Assembly: GCF_006345805.1 (NCBI RefSeq)
Contig: NC_043005.1
Span: 103,478,001 to 103,542,000, forward strand
Origin: Octopus sinensis
Lineage: Eukaryota
Length of the DNA stretch: 64,000 bases
Direction: 5' to 3'
Both the position numbers and the translations under genes were made by a program. The notes under the pieces were generated by a model. The model was not told the DNA's origin. It saw only the letters and a list, made by a program, of their open reading frames with translations, and did no database searches. This document shows positions 42,084 through 54,650 of the stretch, one piece after another. Within the stretch, counting starts at the first letter, position 1. Every line of letters starts with the position of its first letter.

Positions 42084-42654
42084 TGACATGATATTTTTAT
42101 TAGACTTCCTCCCCTCATCAGAAGAAAAGGTACAAAATAAAGGACAGAAAACTAAATTGCAACAGAGGTTCCTAAATATATTTCTATTCCTTTATTTAGC
42201 TAGACAGTGTAAGCCGTGAGAAATGGAGCCCTAGATTATCTCTGATGAGATAATGTGGATGTATCACAACGCTTCGAAAAACGCGGGAGAAAATATGTCA
42301 CATCTAATCACTGCTCGATACTTTCAACTTTGTGTGTGTGTGTGTGCGCGTATGTATATGAATGTGTCTAACGAACATTTGATGCCTAAATGTGCATTTA
42401 ACGTGTCTTAGTGACCCACAAATTTATCGACTATCTCTAATAACTTAATTTTCCTTATTAGATACTACATATAATTACGATCAATCTACCTTCTCAAGGC
42501 AATAATTCCAAATCATTTAATTACAGTTTTATTTAAAATTAGAAATTAACCCTCAAGTCTATTGATCTGCTTTATTGTTAAAGATGTTAATTTGTATTAT
42601 TATTGTCAATTTTGTAGTTGTTTTATTGGTTATTATAATTGTTATTCTTTTCTA

Positions 42655-42839
42655 TTCTAGGCACATGCCCAAAAGTTTGGGGGAGGGGGACAGTTGATTA
42701 GATCGACCAGAATACGGAACTGGTTCTTAATTTATCGACCCCAACAGAATGAAAGGCAAAGTCGACCTCGGCGGAATTTGAACTCAATCCCGCAAAGCAT
42801 TTCGCCCTGCGTGCTAACGTCTCTGCCAGCTCGCAGCTT
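42655..42839 (-). mobile_element. SINE family A (alternative tail, internal deletion)
   Basis: gaaaggcaaagtcgacctcggcggaatttgaactc core. Confidence 0.85.
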
Positions 42840-43065
42840 TCATTATAATTGTTATTGTGGTTATTGTTGTTAGTTCAGTGCTTTACTATCATCCTCATCA
42901 TCATCATCATCCCCACCAGCAACTGCCGTAACAGCAGTAGCGCCATCACCACCAACATTCAAAACCCGTGCATATCAGCCTATCCTTTCTCCATTCAAGC
43001 TCAATGGGAAAGAGTACCGGTCTAATTCTGTGGTCGATCGTATCGACTAACCTCATCAACGCATG

Positions 43066-43622
43066 TTTTCTGCTCTAGTCACAAGGCCCAAAATTTTTTG
43101 ATTAGATGGCCCCCAGTATGCAACTGGTACATAATTATCGACCCTGAAAGGACGAAAGGCAAAGTCGACCTCGGCAGAATTTTAACTCAAAGTAAAGACA
43201 AACAAAATACCTATTTCTTTACTACCCACAAGGGGCTAAACACAGAGGGGACAAACAAGGACAGATAAATGGATTAAGTCGATTACATCGACCTCAGTAC
43301 GTAACTGGTACTTAATTTATCGACCCCGAAAGGATGAAAGGCAAAGTCGACCTCGGCGGAATTTGAACCCAAAGTAAAGACAGACAAAATACCTATTTCT
43401 TTACTACCCACAAGGGGCTAAACACAGAGGGGACAAACAAGAACAAGCAGATTAAGTCGATTACATCGACCCCAGTGCGTAACTGGTACTTAATTTATCG
43501 ACTCCGAAAGGATGAAAGGCAAGGGCGACCTCGGCGGAATTTGAACTCAGAATGTGGCGGCAGACGAAGTACGGCAACGCATTTCGCTCGGCGTGCTAAC
43601 GTTTCTGCCAGCTCGCCGCCTT
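43066..43622 (-). mobile_element. SINE family A trimer
   Basis: One head at 43560-43622; three bodies, the last with the alternative tail. Confidence 0.88.
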
Positions 43623-43860
43623 CAAATATAATTTTGTAAAAGACCTATGAAGACATTTCATGTTTATATAAGGATATAAAGCGGTGAGCTGGCAGAACCA
43701 TTAGTACGGATAATATTCTTAGCGTCATTTCCTCTGGCTCATTATATTCTCGGTTTTAAATCACGATATGGTCAACTCTGCCTCGCATCCTTCGGTCAAT
43801 AAAATAAGATAATATACTTGTCTTTCGGGTATACGAAGGTCAACCTTCAGGTTTGACCTT

Positions 43861-44060
43861 ACTCTTTTACATGTTTCAATCATTTGACAGCGGCCATGCT
43901 GGAGCACCGCCTTTAACTTAATCCCAGGCTTTATTCTTTGTAAGCCTACTACTTATTCTATCGGTCTCATTTGCCGAAGCGCTAAGTTACGAGGAACATA
44001 AACACACCAACATCGGTTATCAAGCGATAGTGGGGAGTCGAATACAAGCACAAATACATA
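43861..44060 (-). mobile_element. SINE family B 3' fragment
   Basis: actcttttacatgtttcaatcatttgacagcggccatgctggagc. Confidence 0.8.
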
Positions 44061-44812
44061 CGTACACACACGTGAATGCGCATGTCTGATACACGCATCA
44101 GACACGCGCATCCACACATTCATACAGCTGGTATACACAGACACGAGCATAAACGCGCGGGTGCACGCACGCACGCACACACACACACACAGACCATCGA
44201 TTCGACGTCGCTCAAGCTCCTTTGCATACCGTCCTGACAGCTAAGCGCCACCTGCTTCCTGTCCAGCCAAGCAATCCAAGAAATCCAGAGAAGGATCTAT
44301 GACAGCTCATTCCATTTTGAATTCAAACATCACCGAGAGCAATTTTGTTTTCATCCTTCCGCAGTGGATAAAAATCAAAACCCAATAAGTACTTGCTCAA
44401 TATTATCGAATGTACCCTCTCTCCAAATTGGTGTTCTTTTACATATGTCCAGAAACCGATATTATATTGTAGCTGTGTTTTTGGCGTCCTGCTCGACGTG
44501 CCACAATCAATGCGGCTGCCGATTTTGCGTCGGCAATATGTGGAATGAGAATGTTTGTTGACCGTGCACTTCTATCTTCGTTCTGTTGTAGATTTATAAG
44601 GGATCTTACACAAACAAACATTTACATCATATTTGAATATTCTGCTTAGATCTTTTATGATTTGCTTTTGCATAAACTTAGAAACACACATACATATGCA
44701 TGTATGAATAAGTGTGATATTAAATAAACACGAATCTAAGATAGGCAAACGTGAACTGAACTACATTCGAGATATGAAGAATCACTTGATGTCATTATCT
44801 GGACGACTCTTG

Positions 44813-44938
44813 CACTAGGCTTTGGTCAGCCCGAGGCTATAGTAGAATACATTTGCCCAAGGTGCCACGCAGTGGGACTGAACCCGGAACCATGTGGTTG
44901 GTAAGCAAGCTACTTATCACACAGCCACTCCAACGCCT
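44813..44938 (-). mobile_element. SINE family B head fragment
   Basis: gggactgaacccggaaccatgtggttggtaagcaagctact. Confidence 0.85.
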
Positions 44939-44941
44939 ATA

Positions 44942-44957
44942 TGTATACATATATTTC

Positions 44958-44991
<34 letters not shown>

Positions 44992-45325
44992 TGTATGTAT
45001 GTATGTATGTATGTATGTATGTATGTATTTATGTATGTATGTATGTATGTATGTATTTATGTATGTATGTATGTATTTATATATGTATGTATGTATGTAT
45101 GCATGTATGTATTTATGTTTGTATATATGTATGTATGCATTTATGCATGTATGTATGTATGTATGTATGTATGTATGTATGTATGTTTGTATATATGTAT
45201 GTATGCATTTATGCATGTATGTATGCATGTATTTATGTATGTATGTATGTATGTATGTATGTATGTATGTTTGTATATATGTATGTATGTATGTATGTAC
45301 GTATGCGTGTATGCATGTATGTATG
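44942..45325. repeat. (TATG)n microsatellite
   Basis: Directly visible. Confidence 0.97.
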
Positions 45326-45549
45326 TGAATACACACAAACATACATATTAATTGTAACGAACGGAAGCAAAGGTACTCACTACCGGAAGTATAAAATAAA
45401 TTAATAATTTCTGTCGACCGATTGTTCTTGATTAATTTAAATGAACCTGCGCTTGATGAAACCCAGAATCTCAGCCAGTTTAGGTTCCGGCTGACCGAAT
45501 TAAATAAATTACACGCGCGCACGCTTACTAATACACAGATAGTCACACA

Positions 45550-45966
45550 CACGCACCACGCTCACACATACACACATGCACACATATGCATATAACACAC
45601 ACACACACATATATATATATATGCACACATCTATTTACAGACGTGCATTCATACATAAATACACTTGCATATTGAATACACCACGCACCACGCTCACACA
45701 TACACACATATACATATAACACACACACACACACACAACACACATATATATATATATATAATATATATATAGATATATATATATATATACATCTATTTAC
45801 AGACGTGCATTCATACATAAATACACTTGTATATTGAATACACCACGCACCACGCTCACACATACACACATAGAGATATAACACACATACATATATATAT
45901 ATGCGCACATCTATTTACAGACGTGCATTCATACATATACACATATACACTTGTACACTGAATACA
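45550..45966. repeat. Three-copy composite tandem repeat (130-160 bp, length varies by internal CA/TA tracts)
   Basis: cacgcaccacgctcacacata...catctatttacagacgtgcattcatacata recurs at about 45550, 45682 and 45844. Confidence 0.85.
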
Positions 45967-46437
45967 CCCTTGCAAACAAATACGTAAATATTTTAGATAT
46001 TTATAACTACGTTTATTCATAAACTCACACATGCACAAAAGAATGAAATTACACGCATGCAAGCAGACAAAAGTGTGTACATACATTCAACTAACATACT
46101 GGCAAACAACATACATACATATGTGTAGATAATGTCTTCCGATCTACTTTTCCCCAATATGCGTTGGTAATTACCAACTGCATTGGAACAATTTTAAACA
46201 ATATACCACTTGTAAAGCAACCTTTAATTCAACAATACATCTATATTGAACAAACCATTTTTGAAATGAACCTTCGTTGCAGCTCGGCTGGAATTCTGCC
46301 AGGTTCCTTTGAGATTAATTGACTGAGAAATTGTTAGTGGAAGGTACAAGTAATAGTATTGAGAATATATGGTAAATACAGAAGAATAGAATCAGAAATA
46401 AATAAGGAAATAAATAGACTTGAAAATATGGGGGAAA

Positions 46438-46505
46438 AGAGGGAGCTGGGGAGAAGAGGGAGCTGGGGAGAAGAGGGAACTGGAGAGAAGAGGGAACTGG
46501 AGAGA
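46438..46505. repeat. 17-bp minisatellite, 4 copies
   Basis: agaggga(g/a)ctgg(g/a)gaga. Confidence 0.9.
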
Positions 46506-46783
46506 AGGTGATGGGGTGTTTGTGAAATGAGAAACCGGGGAATGGCAGGGATTTAGAGAGAGAGAGAGAATGAGTGAAAATGAGAGACAGTTATAAAGTA
46601 AATATGAAACTGGGAGAAAATATAGCAGTGAGGGGGGGGGGAGAAAAAGACGAAGAAAAAGAACCAAAAAGAATAAAAGCTAGCGATAGGAAAGGGGAGA
46701 CAAATGAGAGGAAAGAGAAACAGTAATATTCTATAAATGGATCGAACATTTATATATGTGTGTGTGTGTGTGTTGTATATATG

Positions 46784-46827
<44 letters not shown>

Positions 46828-46875
46828 ATATATATACATATATACATATATATAATATATATATATAATATATAT

Positions 46876-46940
<65 letters not shown>

Positions 46941-47045
46941 CGTATATATATACATATATATAATAGAAATATTAAAATTACTAAGTCTCTGTAAAGGAGA
47001 TTACGGCATATATTAATATATATATATACATATATATATATACAT

Positions 47046-47104
<59 letters not shown>

Positions 47105-47927
47105 ATTATATATATATATATATATACGTGTGTGTGTGTGTGTATTAATATTTTCTAATGTACGTTTATTTCGTATATATCTGATCTAGTTACGACCTTG
47201 TTTTATTATTTTATTCGTGTAATATATTTTCTGTAATATTTATTTATTTATTTCTATTTATCGATAAATTCGTTTAGAGTGTTTTATTGAAAACCAATGA
47301 TGTTTACAAGAAATTCCTGCTCACCCACTTATATTTCGGTACAATTGGCTGGTAACTTTGTTCAGCTTATCCGTAAATGCACCCGGCTACAATTTACTTC
47401 TCAGCACACAGACTGACGTAAACACATTGATATGCTTCCATACACAAGCACACGCTTATGTATTTACATATGGATGTGCATTTATACCTGTATGTATACA
47501 GGTATGTATATTCAGATAAAGACATGAGTATATATTTCATATGCATGTATACATATATTAATATGCATAGATGCATATATTTAAATATACATACTTATAT
47601 GTGTATACACACATATTTATTTACATTTATATATAACGCCTGTACATATATATATATACATGAATTTCTATACATATATATATATATATATATGAATGTA
47701 TGTATTCATAGATATGTATGTATATGTGTGTATTTATATATGCATACGTTTATGCCTGTATGTGTAAGCGTTTGTGTGTATGCATATTATGTATCAAATA
47801 TTTAAAAATATAGTTTGTATGTCTGCATTTCCTTCCCTTTCTACAACACGTGCTCAACCGGTACTGGATATAGAGTTCCATATCTAGTGTTATTACATTT
47901 GACAGAAATATACATGCATATATACAT

Positions 47928-47983
<56 letters not shown>

Positions 47984-48440
47984 TAATTATATAAATATAT
48001 AATATATATATATATATATGTTACTGTCAATCAGATTGTTTGGTCGGGTCGCTTTTATCTGAAATAACTCGACCGAAGCAATTGAAAACAAGAATGACAT
48101 CAGCTCAGGAAGCAAAACATGAAACATGTTATACATAAGATATATCGGTCAAACACCACAATTTAATGACTATGAGTATGTGTACACTAAAGATATATAT
48201 TGTTAATTCAGTAATAAATATCACCTTTAATTAGTTATTCAAGTTATTTCCTCTTTCCACATTCATAAATAAACCGTTACGTTTATGAGTTTTGTGTATG
48301 AGAGAAAGTGAAACAGACAAGGAGTGCGAACTAAAACCGAAAAATGCGAGAAAGCATCTGAAGTGTGTTTAGCAGTGGTTCTCACATTTTGTATTTCAAG
48401 ATACTACAGCGGCACGGCCGGGTTTTCAAAAGTATAATTC

Positions 48441-48838
48441 ACTAGCAGTATCACCCGGCGTTGCTCGGGTTTGTTTTGACCCTTTAGAATTGGAATTTTT
48501 GAAAAGTAAAACTTTTGCATTATGTAGCTTGTTATTCTCTTTTAAGTGAACATTTTCCTGGTTGAAATACACCGAAAAATGGCGATACAGCAGTCAAAAA
48601 AATCGTAGAAAATAGGGATTTTAATAGAAAAAAAGCACCTTTTTGATGTAAATAATTTTTGGTGTTAACATGGTCCGATTTGAATTTTATCTTCTACGGA
48701 ATGAAGAGCAAACCTTCTTCTATCATACTCTCAATTTAGGTCAACTTGTGCTGCAGGGTCTCGGAGGAGATAGTGTTAGTTGAAGGCTACCAAACCTGCC
48801 ATACACAGACAACTTCAGCTTTATATAGAGAGAGAGAT
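48441..48838 (+). mobile_element. Non-autonomous Helitron/Helentron-like element
   Basis: 5' ACTAGCAGTATCA followed by hairpin CCCG-gcgttgct-CGGG; 3' end ...acttcagctttatatagagagagagat; no TIR or long TSD. Confidence 0.5.
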
Positions 48839-49060
48839 ATTAAAAAATTGTAATTATTGTTAGAGTGCCTTGTAATTTTGTGATACACAGAAGTGGTTAA
48901 TAAGATGTAGTACAGTTGCAACACCAACTTGCCGGACATTGATGGAATCTCATATAATGCGCTCGAATTTAGGTGCAGGAACTTCAATTTCCCTCGGCCG
49001 CCAGACTAGTTTGCTGGGCGGCCCTGTTTCGCAGTACTTTGCGCAGTATAATATTAATAA

Positions 49061-49474
49061 ACTTACTCTTTTACTCTTTTACTCTTTTATTTGTTTCAGT
49101 CATTTGACTGCGGCCATGCTGGAGCACCGCCTTTAGTAGAGCAACTCGACCCTGTGACTTATTCTTTTTGTAAGCCCAGTACTTATTCTATCGGTCTCTT
49201 TTTGCCGAACCGCTAAGTTACGGGGACGTAAACACACCAGCATCGGTTGTCAAGCAATGCTAGGGGAACAAACACAGACACACAAACACAGACACACAAA
49301 CACACACACATACATATATATATATACATATATACGACGGGCTTCTTTCAGTTTCCGTCTACCAAATCCACTCACAAGGCATTGGTCGGCCCGGAGCTAT
49401 AGCAGAAGACACTTGCCCAAGATGCCACGCAGTGGGACTGAACCCGGAACCATGTGGTGGTTAGCAAGCTACTT
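49061..49474 (-). mobile_element. SINE family B, distal part (split by an insertion)
   Basis: Family B sequence stops at ttagcaagctactt and resumes at 51579. Confidence 0.9.
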
Positions 49475-49648
49475 TATTTCAAAATATTTGCCATAAAGGC
49501 AGTACACAGATTAAGTTAGCTTTGCGGGCTGGACGAGGACATTAATGAAGTGAATGATAATGAAAGAAAGATGATAAGGATGGAAGAAGACAAAAAGCGC
49601 CCGCCGACTTTCGCTTCTCTAAAACATTGTTCTTTTTAAAGATAAACA

Positions 49649-49852
49649 CAAAACGAGGTATTAAACCTCTTACAATTTTTCCAATTTTTGGACTTAGCAG
49701 TCCATTATTAATAAAAATGCAAAACGAGGTATTAAACCTCTTTCAATTTTCCAATTTTTAGACTTAGCAGTCCATTATTAATAAAAATACAAAACGAGGT
49801 ATTAAACCTCTTACAATTTTCCAATTTTTGGACTTAAGTCCATTACTAATAA
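49649..49852. repeat. ~70-bp tandem repeat, about 3 copies, with two hairpins per unit
   Basis: Units start at 49649, 49720 and 49790; GAGGT-attaa-ACCTC and GGACT-tagc-AGTCC. Confidence 0.92.
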
Positions 49853-51055
49853 TACATATCGTCCTCGAAATAGCTTGTGCCCGCGCCCTCCACCATCAAC
49901 CACGCCTCCCTCAGAACGTAATCAAGTTCCGAGTTCGCGTCGCCCGGGACCAAGCTATAATCTTCATCGAGCTCCTTTAGCCCAAGCGTCACGTCGAACG
50001 CCACGGCCTCCACAGCTATCTGCGGAGGCCATTCGGGGTCCTGTGTGAAGGCTAAAGGAGCTCCCTTGTGGTACTCTTCCATCATTTTCTTTTCAATTTC
50101 TCCTCCTCTGTAGAAGAGGACCAATACGTTCAGTTCTTTCGTTGGCGGCACAGTTCCCGCCAACGTCTGCGACTCATGGATATCCGCCGCCCGACCTTTC
50201 TTTCTTTTTCTCCTCCTTCTTTTGGGGGAGACTACTGACCCAGGGGACTCCGTCACCAGACACGGGGGATCGCTATCCCCCTCCGCCACCTGAGCGTTCT
50301 TTGGCGAGCAGCCATTGTTGCTTGCCTGTCTCTTTCTTTTCGTGGAGGCAACCTCCTCCACGACTTCCACCGTCTCCCCCTCCAATGAGGGGGCGGCGGG
50401 CGCCTTTTCCCCTTCACGCTCCGGGGCACCACCACGGCCCCCGGGACAATTCCTCTTGATATGTCCGGGCTTCAGGCACAGGTGACACTTGGGGGGGGCG
50501 TGCCTCGAGTATCACCGGGTACCTGTGCCCAGCCATTCTCAGGAAGTCCGGGAATTTCATTTCTCCCACGGCTACCGGTGTCCACAGGGTCAAAGTTGCC
50601 TTTGACCCCTCCCAGGCGACCGCGGGAGCCATTTTCACACTCAGTAGCCTGGGTCCGCTATCCCCCAGGCCTCGCCGGATGGTCTTCTCGATCCATTCCG
50701 CCTCCGTGCCCGAGGACAGCCCACAAACCCAGGCTCTTTTTACTTTTCTGCCACAATACGAGGGGAGGAACAAAATTTCCTCTCCCTCCAGTGGCTCGCT
50801 AGCAAATCTGCTAGCTTCCTCGGGGGTACCAAACAGCAACCACACCGTTGCAAATTTACTCCCCCGAGAAATAAACTTTATCGTTGGTAGGTGGTCCCCC
50901 AACTCTTTCTCTATGGTGCTCCTGTCGAAGAGGGCGTTAGCTCCACGCGACCTAGAATAGGTTCGTAGGACCACCGTCCTCTTCTCAAGACTTTCAATCC
51001 ACTGCTTGGGTGGGACAACCTCCCATTCCAAAGCAGTGGTTTCTTTTGTTGCCAT
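49846..51055 (-). CDS. L1/Tx1-type ORF1 (gag-like) protein, about 402 aa after one frameshift
   Basis: ATG 51055 MATKETT...; RRM-like segments; one extra C in the C8 run 50491-50498; restored frame reads RPPKCHLCLKPGHIKRNCP (CX2CX4HX4C), then a basic KRRRRKRKK tract, then TAG at 49848-49846. Confidence 0.8.
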
Positions 51056-51578
51056 GATTTTGAAAAAAAGTTCAACTAAAAGTTCAAAGTCCAATAAGAA
51101 AAAAACACAATGACAGAACAGAAAGACAGAACAGAGAAAAGGACGAAGGAAGACAGTTCAAATAATGACAACACAGTTCTGGAACTGGTAATCCTCACTA
51201 ACAGGGTACTCCTAGTTGCAGCACACTTGGTTCTCCGTGGTAAATCCAAGCACAATTGGTTCTCCGTGGTAAATCCAATCGAACAAATTAATTTTTGAGG
51301 AGGGGCTATGCCTCTTCAAAATACACAATTCTCACTAAAAGGTGAGACAATAAATACGCCAACAGGCAGAACAAATACATCCGAAGTAAAGTGAAGCTTA
51401 TTACGCGCAGAAAAGTGTTAACACTAATTAACATTAATGCCAAAAAAGTATTAACGGCAAGCAATAAACCTCACTATGCTTTCAAACATATCCAAAATGT
51501 CCTACCTGTTGCCGTAAAATGTTCAATAATTCACGTTAACACGTGACATTTGCCGGAGCAAAAAACAGCACGTCTGTC

Positions 51579-51615
51579 TGGTAAGAAGCTACTTACCACA
51601 CAGCCACTCCTGCGC
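51579..51615 (-). mobile_element. SINE family B, 5' tip (other half of the split copy)
   Basis: ggtaagaagctacttaccacacagccactcctgcgc. Confidence 0.85.
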
Positions 51616-51929
51616 TTGCATCATTTACATTAATGTACAGGTACGTGTATTTCATTTAATTATTTAAGAAAATTCAGTAGATGTTTAATTTAGTGGTGAC
51701 CACCACCACTGGTTCGGAAAAATCTATAAACTGAAAAGGATTTGAAACCAAAAATCTCGGGAGATCGATGATGTTTGCAATTATTTGCTAGGTTTTACCG
51801 AATATTTAACTTAAAAGCAGTCATTTTGTAACTTTCAATATGAAGTATACCAGGAATTTGTCTTCTTCTCTGTCTGTCTCCAGTATTTTATGGAGTCAAG
51901 AATATTGAGAACCTCTGCGTCACGATGAC

Positions 51930-52455
51930 ATCAACAAACATAACTCGGATAGACGTAACACACACAAACCGCCTTAAAGCCTTGAAACTTTACTCTCTCC
52001 AGCGCCGCCGCGAGCGGTACATCATTTGTACGATGTGGAGAATATACCGCCAACTTTGCCCAAACGACCTGAACATTAGCTTCAAGGTTCATCCAAGACT
52101 GGGACCACGGGTCATACGTCCCCTGCCCAATTCAAGATCACAGCATACATGTACACTACAACATAATTTCTTTTCCTCAACAGGCCCTGCCCTATTTAAC
52201 ATTGTCCCGAAAGAGATCAAAGAGGAACAGGATCCCATCAACTTTAAACGGAGTCTGGATAGATTCCTTCAAAGAATACCAGATAAGCCACCCATAATTG
52301 GATACAACTCACCCAACAAAAACTCACTACTTGAATGGACTATAAAGAAAACTTGACTTAAACAGGATTCAAATAATCCTATCAGGTGGTGCTATTAAGT
52401 TAGACATGGCCTGGACCAATCATTGGTCAAAACATATCTAAGTTTATCTAAGTTT
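51930..52455 (+). mobile_element. CR1-group LINE, 5'-truncated 3' end
   Basis: RLKALKLYSLQRRRERY...GPALFNIVPKEIK...FKRSLDRFL...NSLLEW, then 3' UTR ending (atctaagttt)2. Confidence 0.85.
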
Positions 52456-52599
52456 AATATTTCTTTTTCATTCATCATTATAATGTATGGAAACAGGCCA
52501 AGCAAGAAGAAAAAACATCTTGCCCTTTCAAATCCTACAACCAAGTTTTGTAACAAAAACGACAACCGAATTTCTATTTTTGATGCTGCAAACAACGTT

Positions 52600-53000
52600 T
52601 ACTGCACATTTCTTCTTACCATCTCTATCTACACCTCACTCCGAAGCAGTGACATTACAAATACTTCCTTGCCAGAACTGCAGCCCTTTTCTCTAACTAT
52701 GCATACAAGAATATGTTTGGCTAATTTCATATGGGATTGCGTCCGTTGATGTACGTAGGTGTAGATTCATAAATAATAAAGGGTTGTTCGATTTTTCGAC
52801 TAACTACCTGGTGAAGTATTCGACGGAGAGTGAACTTCATTTGGGTACACTGCAACCAAGTACTGCTTATAGACATCACAATCTTTAACTCCAGCTTTTT
52901 CTTTGGGAGAAGTAATCCAGAGGTAAAAAAATATCGGGTTGAAGAACGATCGAAACTGAACAGATATGGAAGTACGAAAACGAACAAACTCTACCAGGCG
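52600..53000 (-). mobile_element. Possible highly decayed Tc1/mariner-type transposase fragment
   Basis: Broken peptides EKAGVKDCDVYKQYL and QPFIIYESTPTY loosely resemble GVKINxxVY and FQQDSAPAH motifs. Confidence 0.3.
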
Positions 53001-53500
53001 CAAGGAATGCAGTTGTAGGAAAAGTTGTTTACATAATTTACACGATGTGAACTCTATATGCAATTTTTCATAGAAATACATACCTTACCCCTGTAATCGT
53101 TTGTTTGCCATTTTACTTATATTCATACATACATAATATACATACGTACGTGATTATACTTACATATAAAAGAGAGAAGAGAGAGACAAATAAAAAGAGT
53201 GGTAAGTGGCGTGATATTGAACAACAAAAACGAAGAAATTATACTAATATCAAACGAAAGAATTGTTGACTCATTCACATCTTCATTCTGTGTAAAGGTA
53301 AAGAATCATCTAACGACTATTGCTACCGACTCCAATAACGATGGAGAGATAATTTTATGGAACAATCAATTTCCTGAAATTAATGCTATCAAGGTAAAAA
53401 AAAAATGTTTTTATCTAGATATCAGAAGACAGTTGTGCACACGTATTTCTAGTTCTCTGAGCATCATCAGTTGAGCGTTATCCGACTTTGATTCGAGCCA

Positions 53501-53536
<36 letters not shown>

Positions 53537-54525
53537 AATATATGCGTCACGCGCACACACAGAAAAGAAGGTAAGAACATTTATGGTGTAAAGTAATTGA
53601 ATAGTTTTTTTTTATTAAATTTTAAAAATTTGTGTTTTAGAAATATTAGGAAATTATTCAGAGTTGCCAGTGGCATGATAGTGAACTACAAAGGCGAAGA
53701 AAGTTCTATCAAATACCGTACAAGATGAATATCTGATTCATTGCAAATAACTTTGCATCGTGAGAAGGTAAACGAATTGGGATATATATATATATATATA
53801 TATGTATGTGTTTATGTATGTATATGTATGTATGTGATATATATTTTCTATATTTGCATATCTTCGTGAATACTGGGATAAATGTGTCATTGTGTGCTTT
53901 GTATGCACAGACCTGCTTAGACCATCTAAAGAATGACTTATATTCCATCACCCTCACGAACAGTCACTCATCACTCAGCCATCCACGCACTCACACACCC
54001 TACCTGATCTACATATAGGGACACAAACAACTGTCCGTTTTTTAATAATCAGCCAATAGTTAATACCATTAAAACATGCTCATTCTGTTATTAGGAATAA
54101 ATTTTTAGTATGTACATTTAGCGATGTTTATTTTAACCTTTGTGGCTATGAAACGGATCAACCCATTTGTTAAATAAATTAGCGTTAACCATTTAGTATT
54201 TCCCGCTACCATCGTGCAACACCCATCTTTCGCAATTCCTTGCCATTTAATCTCTTTCTTTCGCCTCAATCTATTGTTTGCTTACACTATGGAAAACCTC
54301 CAGATGCGAACCCCGTTGCAACCTACACTCACTACAAAACTCAGAATTCATACATACACTCAACAACAATCCCAAACACCTATCATTTCTACTATATCAA
54401 TAACTCAGGGTATGCGGCTACTTTGAAAATACCTCACGGTATGACGACCGGGATCTGCATAGTTGCGGGATGCTCTTTGGCATGGCATAGCACCCGTTCA
54501 TCCCACCCAGTTAGTTTGTGTGTGT

Positions 54526-54560
<35 letters not shown>

Positions 54561-54563
<3 letters not shown>

Positions 54564-54650
54564 GTTTGGACAAAATAATGGAAACACCTTAAAATTTCAA
54601 TCAAATTTATTTTAATATGGAGTAGGTCCGCCTTTGGCAGTAATTACTCT
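54561..54650. mobile_element. Tc1-like terminal fragment
   Basis: taggtttggacaaaataatggaaacacct resembles a Tc1 TIR, next to (TG)n. Confidence 0.45.

Larger units (their letters stand above)
49475..51578 (-). mobile_element. ORF1-only non-autonomous non-LTR retroelement (half-L1/Tx1-like)
   Basis: Bounded by an imperfect ~17-bp TSD (exact core aagctactt at 49466-74 and 51586-94); ~520-bp 5' leader, single ORF1, tandem-repeat 3' region; no EN/RT sequence. Confidence 0.75.

Noticed and set aside
42242-42285. CTGATGA-gata..tatc..GAAA
   Set aside because: 10-nt gap before GAAA and no stem III or cleavage triplet
44185-44600. CpG-containing unique segment with several short open frames
   Set aside because: No frame is preferred and no homology is recognisable
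48030-48110. Long hairpin followed by GAAAAC in a TA-adjacent segment
   Set aside because: Core nucleotides are not recognisable
49649-49852. Palindromic direct repeats resembling CRISPR
   Set aside because: No variable spacers; three contiguous units inside a retroelement
53430-53472. Minus-strand CTGATGA-tgctc...agaaatacgtg
   Set aside because: The 3' strand of stem II is missing; too decayed to call
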